Of a stretch of 32,000 nucleotides of DNA, positions 1 through 8,763 are shown in pieces. The notes below the pieces were generated by a model. That model was not told the DNA's origin. It saw nothing but the letters and a program-made list of their open reading frames with translations, and searched no databases. The translations under genes and the position numbers were made by a program. The stretch is from positions 242,809-274,808 of the forward strand of contig NZ_CP010546.1 in NCBI RefSeq assembly GCF_001272835.1, given 5' to 3'. Origin of the DNA: Mycoplasmoides pneumoniae FH. GTDB lineage: Bacteria; Bacillota_I; Bacilli_A; Mycoplasmatales; Mycoplasmoidaceae. Within the stretch, counting starts at the first letter, position 1; every line of letters begins with the position of its first letter.

Positions 1-1
1 C

Positions 2-1051
2 AAAGATATTTGTGATATTACACGCGGTAGAGTTATCAGCAAATTGGACATTAAAAAAGATCCAGGAGTTTTTCCTGTTTATTCGGCAGCTACTAATAAC
101 GATGGGGAGTTTGGTCGAATAAATTCTTATGACTTTGATGGTGAATATGTTACTTGAACAGCTGACGGTTATGGAGGGGCTGTTTTTTATCGTAATGGTA
201 AATTTAGCATCACAAATCTTTGTGGTCTTTTGAAAGTAAAAAATAAAGAAATTAGTTCAAAATATCTTGCTCATATTTTGAAACTAGAAGCACCGAAATT
301 CACAAACCGTGTTTTTAAAAATAGACCTAAGTTAACACATAAAACAATGGCCGAAATTCCCATTGATTTCCCACCCTTGAAAATTCAAGAGAAAATTGCT
401 ACTATCTTAGATACTTTTACCGAGCTAAGGGCGCGCAAGAAGCAGTATGCCTTCTATCGCGATTATCTGCTTAATCAAGAAAATATCCGAAAAATTTATG
501 GAGCAAATATACCTTTCGAAACTTTTCAAGTAAAGGATATTTGTGAAATTAGAAGAGGTCGAGCGATCACTAAAGCGTATATTAGGAATAATCCTGGAGA
601 AAATCCAGTTTATTCCGCAGCTACCACAAATGATGGTGAGTTAGGACACATTAAAGATTGCGACTTTGATGGTGAATACATCACTTGAACTACAAATGGT
701 TATGCTGGAGTAGTTTTTTATCGTAATGGCAAGTTTAATGCATCACAAGATTGCGGTGTTTTAAAAGTTAAAAATAAAAAAATCTGCACCAAATTCCTAT
801 CCCTTTTATTAAAGATAGAAGCGCCAAAATTCGTTCATAATCTAGCTTCAAGACCAAAATTAAGCCAAAAAGTAATGGCTGAAATCGAACTCTCTTTCCC
901 ACCTCTAGAAATCCAAGAAAAGATTGCCGATATTCTCTTTGCTTTTGAAAAACTTTGCAATGATTTAGTAGAAGGTATTCCTGCCGAAATTGAATTGCGT
1001 AAAAAGCAATTGGATTACTATCAGAACTTCTTATTTAATTGAGTTCAAAAA
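2..1051 (+). repeat. Internal tandem duplication of hsdS (two half-genes, period 531 nt)
   Basis: KDICDITRGR... starting at 2 re-occurs as KDICEIRRGR... starting at 533. My hand alignment of the two ~139-aa halves gives roughly 60% amino-acid identity, with long shared blocks (PVYSAAT, DFDGEY, VFYRNGKF, LKVKNK, EAPKF, RPKL, MAEI, FPPL, IQEKIA). Confidence 0.8.
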
Positions 1052-1063
1052 ATAAGAAATTAG
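2..1063 (+). CDS. hsdS: Type I restriction-modification specificity subunit HsdS (5' end outside window)
   Basis: Frame 2 is open from the window edge to TAG 1061-1063 when TGA at 155-157, 686-688 and 1040-1042 is read as Trp. It contains two target-recognition-domain-like halves. Each is followed by a typical HsdS conserved helix (PPLKIQEKIATILDTF...LRARKKQ and PPLEIQEKIADILFAF...LRKKQLDYYQNFLF). Confidence 0.85.
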
Positions 1064-1092
1064 AAAGTCTCAAATCTCTTTAATAATAAAAG

Positions 1093-2780
1093 TTAGTTCA
1101 GCAAACCACAAACTGATCCCACTTCTCCCCCACGCTCACCCGCTTCTCCACCGGGTTCAACCTCGCGGGGTCGGTGCTCGACCAGGTGTTGGATTATATT
1201 CCCTGGATTGGGAATGGGTACAGGTATGGCAATAACCACCGGGGCGTGGATGATATAACCGCGCCTCAAACCGGCGCGGGGTCGTCCAGCGGAACTAGTA
1301 CGAACACAAGTGGTTCGCGTTCCTTTCTCCCGACGTTCTCGAATGTCGGCGTTGGTCTCAAAGCCAACGTCCAAGCCACGCTCGGTGGCAGTCAGACGAC
1401 GACTACAGGCGGCTCCAAATGATCCACCCTCGACAAAGCCAACCTCCAGCCCTGAACGGGGGCGGGGTGAAGGAATGATAAGACTACTGGGAATAACACC
1501 CAAGGCAACGAAAACCACACCACCTTTAAAAACGCTACGGGGATGGGCAGTCAAAACCAGGGTTCTACAACAACTACCTCAGCGGGCAATCCCGATTCTT
1601 TAGTTACTGATAAAGTTGATCAAAAAGGTCAGGTGCAAACAAGTGGTCAAAATTTAAGTGAGACCAACTACACCAACCTCCCCCCCAACCTCACCCCCAC
1701 ATCCGACTGACCGAACGCGCTCAGCTTCACCAACAAGAACAACGCGCAGCGCGCCCAGCTGTTCCTGCACGGCTTGTTGGGCAGCATCCCGGTGTTGGTT
1801 AATAAGAGTGGCGAAAATAACGAAAAATTCCAAGCCACCGACCAAAAATGGTCCTACACCGAATTAAAGTCGGATCAAACCAAGCTCAACCTCCCCGCTT
1901 ATGGTGAGGTGAATGGGCTGTTGAATCCGGCGTTGGTGGAAACCTATTTTGGGACGACGCGTACGTCTAGCACTGCGAACCAAAACAGTACAACCGTCCC
2001 CGGTATCGGTTTAAAATTCCCGAACAAAATAATGATTCAAAGGCTGTGCTGATCACCCCCGGGTTGGCTTGAACGCCCCAGGACGTTGGTAACCTCGTTG
2101 TCAGTGGCACCAGCTTCAGCTTCCAGCTCGGCGGGTGGCTGGTCAGCTTCACGGACTTTGTCAAACCCCGCGCGGGTTACCTCGGACTCCAGTTAACGGG
2201 CTTGGATGAAAGTGATGCGACGCAGCGCGCCCTCATTTGGGCCCCCCGGCCCTGAGCGGCCTTTCGTGGCAGTTGGGTCAACCGGTTGGGCCGCGTGGAG
2301 AGTGTGTGGGATTTGAAGGGGGTGTGGGCGGATCAAGCTCAGTCCGACTCGCAAGGATCTACCACCACCGCAACAGGGGCTACCTTACCGGAGCACCCGA
2401 ATGCTTTGGCCTTTCAGGTGAGTGTGGTGGAAGCGAGTGCTTACAAGCCAAACACGAGCTCCGACCAAACCCAATCCACTAACAGTTCCCCCTACCTGCA
2501 CTTGGTGAAGCCTAAGAAAGTTACCCAATCCGACAAAGTTAGACGACGATCTTAAAAACCTGTTGGACCCCAACGAGGTTCGCGCCAGAATGCTCAAATC
2601 ATTTGGTACAGAAAATTTCACCCAGCCCCAACCCCAACCCCAAGCCCTCAAAACAACGACACCGGTATTTGGGACGAGTAGTGGTAACCTCGGTAGTGTG
2701 CTTAGTGGTGGGGGGTACCACGCAGGGCTCAAGCACCACCAATCAACTGTCACCCGTTCAACGGGTGAGTGGGTGGACCG
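1093..2780 (+). repeat. RepMP2/3-type repeat: silent copy of the C-terminal half of the P1 adhesin gene
   Basis: There is an abrupt switch from AT-rich to visibly GC-rich sequence. The translation ([53 protein letters not shown]...[30 protein letters not shown]...[17 protein letters not shown]...[28 protein letters not shown]...[17 protein letters not shown]...[10 protein letters not shown]) matches my recollection of M. pneumoniae P1. Diverged stretches sit where P1 is variable. Confidence 0.85.
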
Positions 2781-2791
2781 CTAACTATTAA
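1174..2791 (+). pseudogene. P1-adhesin-like ORF fragments (no ATG start; reading frame broken at least three times)
   Basis: P1-like translation runs in frame 1 from GTG 1174 to about 2010 (that frame stays open to TAA 2194-2196). It continues in frame 3 from about 2010 to TAA 2553-2555, returns to frame 1 from 2539 (open to TAA 2782-2784), and the last P1-like residues ([10 protein letters not shown]) are in frame 2 (stop 2789-2791). No ATG and no Shine-Dalgarno sequence precede it; three TAA codons at 1081-1089 close the frame upstream. Confidence 0.75.
2626..2643 (+). repeat. Hexanucleotide microsatellite (CCCCAA)x3 encoding a PQ repeat
   Basis: Three perfect tandem CCCCAA units at 2626-2631, 2632-2637 and 2638-2643, translated as QPQPQPQ in the P1-like frame. 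Confidence 0.9.
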
Positions 2792-3145
2792 TAGGAACTT
2801 TTCTTATTAAGAAGAACTTTTTTGAAAAAAGTTTTGAAGTTATTTTGGTGTCTTTACTAACTTAAAGCAATTTAGTTAACGAATACCCAAAAAGTATGAA
2901 ATTGATTAAATTAGCGAGGTTTCACCGCTTTTTAAAACAAGACCAATTGCAACTTGTTTCTTTGTTTAGCCAAAACTTTTTGCAAGTTTTGTTGACACCT
3001 TTAAATAAACCGGTCAATTTATTTAGTGAAAACACAACAATGAAAACAAATAAAAAATACGCCTTTGCGGCGTTGCTAATGCAAGCTCAAGCTAAGCTCC
3101 CAAATTCATTTAAATTCTTTCTTTCAAAAAAGGAGGTATTACTTA

Positions 3146-3592
3146 ATGAAAGAAAAAACTCCCTTTAAAAACGAAAAAGAATTCCATGAAATGGTGAAAA
3201 AGACCAAAAAGGGCACTTTTTCAGGTTGATATATCATTGACAAAGATAACAACAGTGTGGAATTCTCTGGCAAATTCAACAGACAATTTAAACTTAACAA
3301 ACCGGTTATACCAGTGAACACGGAATACGTAACGCGTAAAGAGTTAAACGAGTACAAAGACTCAAACGACCAACGACTTACAAAGATTGAAACCACTTTG
3401 GCCGCCCAAGGTGAGCAAATCAACAAATTAACTCAAACTGTTGAAAAACAGGGCGAACAAATTAGAGAACTTCAAGTGGAGCAAAAAGCTCAGGGTGAGC
3501 AAATTAAAGCTCAGGGAGAAACCTTAAAGCTAATCTTGCAAACGCTGCAAAAAATGAGTGATCGCTTGGACAAAATTGATCCATCTAAATAG
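3146..3592 (+). CDS. DUF16 / UPF0134-family coiled-coil protein (M. pneumoniae multigene family associated with RepMP1)
   Basis: ATG 3146 lies 9 nt after AGGAGG (3131-3136). One in-frame TGA (3227-3229) joins it to track ORF 3257-3592, giving 148 aa. The C-terminal half is a heptad-periodic coiled coil ([60 protein letters not shown]). I recognise this as the species-specific DUF16 family. Confidence 0.8.
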
Positions 3593-3615
3593 TTTTTAGG
3601 CTAATAACAAAAGTG

Positions 3616-3653
3616 CCAGCAGTTAATCTTAAAGATTAGTTGCTGGTTTTTTT
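3616..3653 (+). terminator. Intrinsic terminator of the DUF16 gene
   Basis: CCAGCAGTTAATC (3616-3628) pairs with GATTAGTTGCTGG (3634-3646): 13 bp including 2 G-U pairs, with a 5-nt loop. It is followed by T7 (3647-3653). Confidence 0.7.
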
Positions 3654-3670
3654 CTTCACAACCAATAAAC

Positions 3671-3711
3671 AAATAAAAAGCCATCCACCGCGAGGTGAAC
3701 GGTAGATGGCT
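3671..3711 (-). terminator. Terminator-like hairpin oriented for the minus strand
   Basis: AGCCATC (3679-3685) pairs with GATGGCT (3705-3711). This encloses an inner CACC-GCGA-GGTG stem with a GNRA tetraloop. On the minus strand the stem is followed by TTTTATTT (complement of 3671-3678). Confidence 0.4.
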
Positions 3712-4001
3712 AAAAATAGTTTTTAATGATTTTGAAAACTAACGAAAAGTGTTAGTTTGAGTTGTAAAGCAGTTATGAATGTTTGTTCCTTTAAAAATTT
3801 GTTTTTTGTTTAGCTAAATATGTGCTGAAAGCCATTGCGTTAACATAAGTAAATTAAGACATAAAAAATGAACACATTAATCAAATAAGTGTGGGAACAG
3901 AAAATCAGGCTTTCAACACAAAATTTTCGTTTTTCTGCTCTCACTAAATAAATTGAGTTGGGTTTTAAAAACCGCCAAAAATTTTTAATTTAGTTTTTGC
4001 T

Positions 4002-5342
4002 ACTTTCTCCTCCCTCCCCCTCACGGGTGAAAACCCCGGGGCGTGGGCCTTAGTGCGCGATAACACTGCCAAGGGCATCACTGCCGGCAGTGGCAGTCAA
4101 CAAACCACGTATGATCCTGCGCGAACCGAGGCCACCTTGACCACCATCACCTTTGCGCTGCGCCGGTATGACCTCGCCGGGCGCGCCTTATACGACCTCG
4201 ACTTTTCGAAGTTAAACCCACAAACGCCAACGCGTGATGCCAACGGCCAGATCACCTTTAACCCCTTTGGCGGCTTTGGTTTGAGTGGCAGTGCACCCCA
4301 ACAGTGAAACGAGGTCAAAAACAAGGTCCCCGTCGAGGTGGCCCAAGACCCCACCGATCCTTATCGGTTTGCCGTTTTACTCGTGCCGCGCAGTGTGGTG
4401 TACTATGAGCAGTTGCAAAGGGGATTAGCGCTCCCTAACCAAGGGAGTTCGTCAGGCTCCGGTCAACAAAACACCACCATTGGCGCGTATGGGCTGAAGG
4501 TGAAGAACGCCGAGGCGGACACCGCGAAGAGCAATGAAAAACTCCAGGGCGATGAATCCAAGTCTTCCAATGGATCTTCAAGCACTTCCACCACCACCCA
4601 ACGTGGTTCGACCAATTCCGACACCAAAGTCAAGGCTTTAAAAATAGAGGTGAAAAAGAAATCGGACTCGGAGGACAATGGTCAGCTGCAGTTAGAAAAA
4701 AATGATCTCGCCAACGCTCCCATTAAGCGGGGTGAGGAGTCGGGTCAGTCCGTCCAACTCAAGGCGGACGATTTTGGTACTGCCCCTTCCAGTTCGGGAT
4801 CAGGCGGCAACTCCAACCCCGGTTCCCCCACCCCCTGAAGGCCGTGGCTTGCGACTGAGCAAATTCACAAGGACCTCCCCAAATGATCCGCCTCGATCCT
4901 GATTCTGTACGATGCGCCTTATGCGCGCAACCGTACCGCCATTGACCGCGTTGATCACTTGGATCCCAAGGCCATGACCGCGAACTATCCGCCCAGTTGA
5001 AGAACGCCCAAGTGAAACCACCACGGTTTGTGGGACTGAAAGGCGCGCGATGTTTTGTTCCAAACCACCGGGTTCTTCAACCCGCGCCGCCACCCCGAGT
5101 GGTTTGACCAGGGCCAAGCGGTCGCGGATAATACCCAAACCGGGTTTGATGAAAGTAATACTTCGAACACCAAGCAGGGCTTTCAAAAGGAAGCTGACTC
5201 CGACAAGTCGGCCCCCATCGCCCTCCCGTTTGAAGCGTACTTCGCCAACATTGGCAACCTCACCTGGTTCGGGCAAGCGCTTTTGGTGTTTGGTGGCAAT
5301 GGCCATGTTACCAAGTCGGCCCACACCGCGCCTTTGAGTATT
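4002..5342 (+). repeat. RepMP4-type repeat: silent copy of the N-terminal region of the P1 adhesin gene
   Basis: Second GC-rich island with sharp AT-rich borders. The translation ([38 protein letters not shown]...[29 protein letters not shown]...[16 protein letters not shown]...[35 protein letters not shown]...[73 protein letters not shown]...[22 protein letters not shown]) matches my recollection of the P1 N-terminal part. Confidence 0.85.
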
Positions 5343-5441
5343 TGGCTTTATATATATTTAGTAAAGGCAGTTACTTTTAGGTTGCTTTTAGCTAACTCTT
5401 TATTATCAAAAAGCAACATATATAAAAAAACAGCTAATTAA
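4053..5441 (+). CDS. P1-adhesin-like ORF carried by the RepMP4 cassette (uninterrupted, but no ATG start; probably not independently expressed)
   Basis: Track ORFs 4053-4307, 4338-4838 and 5055-5441 are all in frame 3 and join through in-frame TGA codons into one 462-aa ORF. The first possible start is GTG 4053. The frame is open back to TAA 3966-3968 with no ATG. The last ~30 codons run out of the P1-like block into AT-rich flank. Confidence 0.6.
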
Positions 5442-5583
5442 AGCTAGTAGAGCTAAGCGATTATTTCTTTTAAGTTAAATCTTAGTTGCTCAAGATTAAA
5501 ACGCACTAAATTGAATGCTGTTGTAATAAGGCGTTTTTTCAAATCAAATTCATACACTAAAAGTGCGAAAAGGTTGTATACGC

Positions 5584-5856
5584 ATGGAAAATGCGCGAGT
5601 TCTCTTAATTGTTTTCGGTATCGTACTAATTTTTGTTGGTATTGGCTTTTTATTTTGAGCATTAAGAATTACGCTTAAGCGTCAAAAAGGAGGCGAAGCT
5701 ACTACTAGCTTAACGACTAACGATCCTGCTTTAAAGAACTTTGGTCGGCCAAGTTGATGGCAACGTAATAATCAACTTGTGCTCTTCCTCTTAGCGACAG
5801 TATTTTTGATGTTGGGAATAGGCGGTCTTTCTTCCATTCCCTCAATGTTTAAGTAA
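5584..5856 (+). CDS. Hypothetical small membrane protein, 90 aa, two predicted transmembrane helices
   Basis: ATG 5584 to TAA 5854-5856 with two in-frame TGA codons, so it is absent from the standard-code track. Translation: MENARVLLIVFGIVLIFVGIGFLFWALRITLKRQKGGEATTSLTTNDPALKNFGRPSWWQRNNQLVLFLLATVFLMLGIGGLSSIPSMFK. It has two hydrophobic helices, with a basic patch after the first. It lies 32 nt upstream of ptsG on the same strand. Confidence 0.55.
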
Positions 5857-5888
5857 CAAAAATTTAAGGATTTAAAAAAGGTTCATTT

Positions 5889-8711
5889 ATGCAAATTAAA
5901 GCACAGGACACAGGACAGCAAAAGAAGTCCTGTTTATTGTCTAACATCCGCAATAAATGGAAAAACCGGAATCGCGGGAGTTTCCGCCAATGAGTTGGAA
6001 AGCTTTCCAATGGGTTGATGATCCCGATTGCCGTTTTACCTATTGCGGGTATTTTTTTGGGTGTTGGTGATGCAATTGCCGGAAATGCAGGTGATTTAAC
6101 TGGTCTGCGTTATTTCGGACTTTTCATTAAAAATGGTGGTGATGTTGTTTTTGCTAACCTACCCATTTTGTTTGCTATTGCTATAGCAATAACGTTCTCA
6201 CAAGACGCTGGGGTCGCCGGATTTTCGGCCTTTGTCTTTTGAGCTGCTATGAACGGGTTTATGAGCTCGTTAATATTGCCTTTTGATAAAGCAGGCAAAA
6301 TTATTACTGACACTTCGACTCCAATTGCTGGTTTTAAAGTACTTTACTACAAGAGTGTCCCTGTTCATGCTATTGCTACAACCTTGGGACTGCGAACATT
6401 ATCAACCTCAGTATTCGGTGGGATTATTGTAGGTGCCTTAACTTCAGTACTTTACAAGAAGTTTTATGCCATTAGGTTACCTGATGTAATTGGATTCTTT
6501 AGCGGTACTCGTTTTGTCCCTATTATTTGTTTTGTGGTAGCGATTCCTGTTGCGTTAATCTTGTTAATGATCTGACCAGCTGTCTCCATTGGACTTAATG
6601 CTATTGGTACTGGTTTAGGTTTCTTAGGTGGTAAAGGTTATGGTGCCAACAGTTTGATCTTTGGTTACATTGAACGTTCCTTAATTCCGTTTGGTGTGCA
6701 CCACGCCTTCTATGCACCACTTTGATACACCTCTGCTGGTGGTAGCTTACAAGAAATTGTTAACCAACAGGTTTGGATTCGTCCCGACTTCCACTTAAGT
6801 GATAACTATGTAGCACGGGTAATTGGTTGAGTTGATCCTAATAACTCTAGCATGTACATTATTCCTGGTGCATTAAATGGTCAAAATGGAAGTTCAACCG
6901 GTAATACAATGTCAAAAGATCTTAATGGAGCACTTTCTGCCTACATGAGTAAAGAAAGCACAGCTTTCTTAACTTGAAAAGATCTAGTTGATGGCTTAAC
7001 CTTTAAAGGTAATTTTGATAAGATGGCCGAAAACGGTTTGTTAGACGGTTCTAACAAAATTTGATTGGGTCTGAACGGTTCTGGTATTTTAGGTAAAAAA
7101 TTGTTACTAAGTGATGGTAATGTTTACACTATTACCTTTAAAACCTTTGCCAACACTACTCCAATTGCTTGGAGTAAAGGTGCACAGGCAGTGTTACCTT
7201 TAAATGCTAGCTCTACAATCGTTAACAATCCAACCGCTTTAGCAGCAGCTACACAAAGTAATAATAACACTAACAACATTAAACTTTACCCGGTAAATTC
7301 CTTTAGGGTAGCTGTTGAAAGTTTAAATCCAGCGCAATACTCCCAGGGTAAATTCCCCTTCATGTTGTTTGGAATTCCAGCAGCTGGTGTAGCCATGATC
7401 TTGGCAGCACCTAAAGATAGAAGAAAGGAAGCAGCTTCGATTGTTGGTAGTGCAGCATTTACCAGCTTCTTAACTGGTATTACTGAACCATTTGAATTTA
7501 CCTTCTTGTTCTTAGCGCCTTGATTATTCTATGGGGTGCACGCTGTTTTGGCAGCTGTAAGCTTCTGGTTAATGAACATCTTGGGTGCTAATGTGGGTCA
7601 AACCTTCTCTGGTTCCTTTATTGACTTTATTCTCTATGGTGCTTTACCAGATGGTCGTCGTTGGTTAGCAAACTCTTACTTAGTACCTATTATTGGACTG
7701 TTCTTAGCTGCCATCTACTTCCCAACCTTCTACTTCTTAATTAAGCACTTTAACTTGGCAACTCCAGGTCGTGGTGGTAAGTTAATTACCAAGAAGGAAT
7801 ACTTAGCAAGCAAAGCAGCCGCTAAAGCAGAGGGTGTAAGTGGTGTAGCAGAAAACTTTACCCAAACGCAAATTGAAGCGGGCATCTTACTCCAAGCTTA
7901 CGGTGGCAAGGAAAACATTGTTGAACTAGGTGCATGTATTACCAAGTTACGGGTTACTGTTAAGAACCCCGAACTAGTTAAGGAAGAACCTATTAAAGAA
8001 CTTGGAGCTGCTGGGGTAATGCGTACCACCCCAACCTTCTTTGTAGCCGTTTTTGGTACCCGCGCTGCCGTTTACAAATCTGCTATGCAGGACATTATCC
8101 AGGGCAAGGTTAACTGGGAAGCGTTGCAAAAGGTTATTAATACAGATCAACTAGCTGTTGAGCCTAAAGAAACCACTCCACCAAAGGAAGTAATGCCGGT
8201 GGTACAAGACGAAATTGTGATTCTGTCCCCAGTTAACGGTACCTTAAAATCACTCAATCAAGTACCCGATGAAACCTTTAAGCAAAAGCTAGTGGGTGAA
8301 GGTGTTGCCATTGTACCGAGCGATGGTCACTTTAAAGCCCCTGGTGAAGCAGGTGTGAAAACGGAGTTAGCTTTCCCTGGTGGTCACGCTTACATCTTTG
8401 ACATTGATGGCATTAAGGTAATGTTGCACATTGGGATTGACACTGTGCAAATTAACGCCAAAAAACAACCGGGCGAACCACTAGAAGTGTTTGACATTAA
8501 GACCAAACAGGGTGAGTACACTAAGGAAAAGAGTGAAAGTGTAGTGGAAGTTGATTTAAAGAAACTCAGCAAGAAGTACAACCCAATTACCCCATTTGTG
8601 GTAATGAAGGAATCACTAGAAAACTTTAAATTAGTGCCAATCCGCCAACGCGGTGAGATTAAAGTGGGCCAACCAATCTTTAAACTAGTCTACAAGAAGT
8701 CACAGGCATAA
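5889..8711 (+). CDS. ptsG: PTS glucose-specific enzyme IICBA
   Basis: ATG 5889. Track ORFs 6015-6242, 6249-6575, 7065-7523 and 7536-8711 are all in frame 3 and are bridged only by TGA codons, giving 940 aa. EIIC motifs are present (GVHHAFYAPLW, ITEPFEFTFLFLAPW), along with the EIIB phospho-Cys motif (GACITKLRVTV) and the EIIA His motif (MLHIGIDTVQI). Confidence 0.93.
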
Positions 8712-8731
8712 AAACTGCTTGGCAAACAAAG

Positions 8732-8763
8732 AGGTCATAGGTAAGCCTATGGCCTTTTTGTTT
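8732..8763 (+). terminator. Intrinsic terminator of ptsG
   Basis: AGGTCATAGG (8732-8741) pairs with CCTATGGCCT (8746-8755): 10 bp with one G-U pair and a 4-nt loop. It is followed by TTTTTGTTT. Confidence 0.65.

Noticed and set aside
2815-2833. 19-nt palindrome AACTTTTTT-G-AAAAAAGTT just after the RepMP2/3 block
   Set aside because: It is pure A/T homopolymer pairing of low stability. This is common in AT-rich spacers, and no associated gene end requires it.
2896-3168. 90-aa plus-strand ORF upstream of the DUF16 gene
   Set aside because: It has no SD, is AT-rich and low in complexity, and runs into the real start region of the DUF16 gene in another frame. It is more likely promoter or leader DNA.
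1093-5337. Many track ORFs on the minus strand or in alternative plus frames inside the GC-rich blocks. Minus strand: 1093-1554, 1654-1845, 1967-2164, 2385-2753, 4097-4354, 4463-4678, 4800-5324, 4985-5173. Plus strand: 1310-1603, 1658-1867, 2237-2482, 4702-4902, 5050-5337.
   Set aside because: GC-rich sequence is poor in stop codons, so long shadow ORFs appear in all frames. Their translations are low-complexity (P/R/G/S/T-rich) and resemble nothing I recognise, whereas one frame per segment gives clear P1-like sequence.
5453-5662. 69-aa minus-strand ORF
   Set aside because: It lies antisense to the better-supported 90-aa code-4 membrane ORF (5584-5856) and its upstream region. It has no membrane or domain features and no translation signals.
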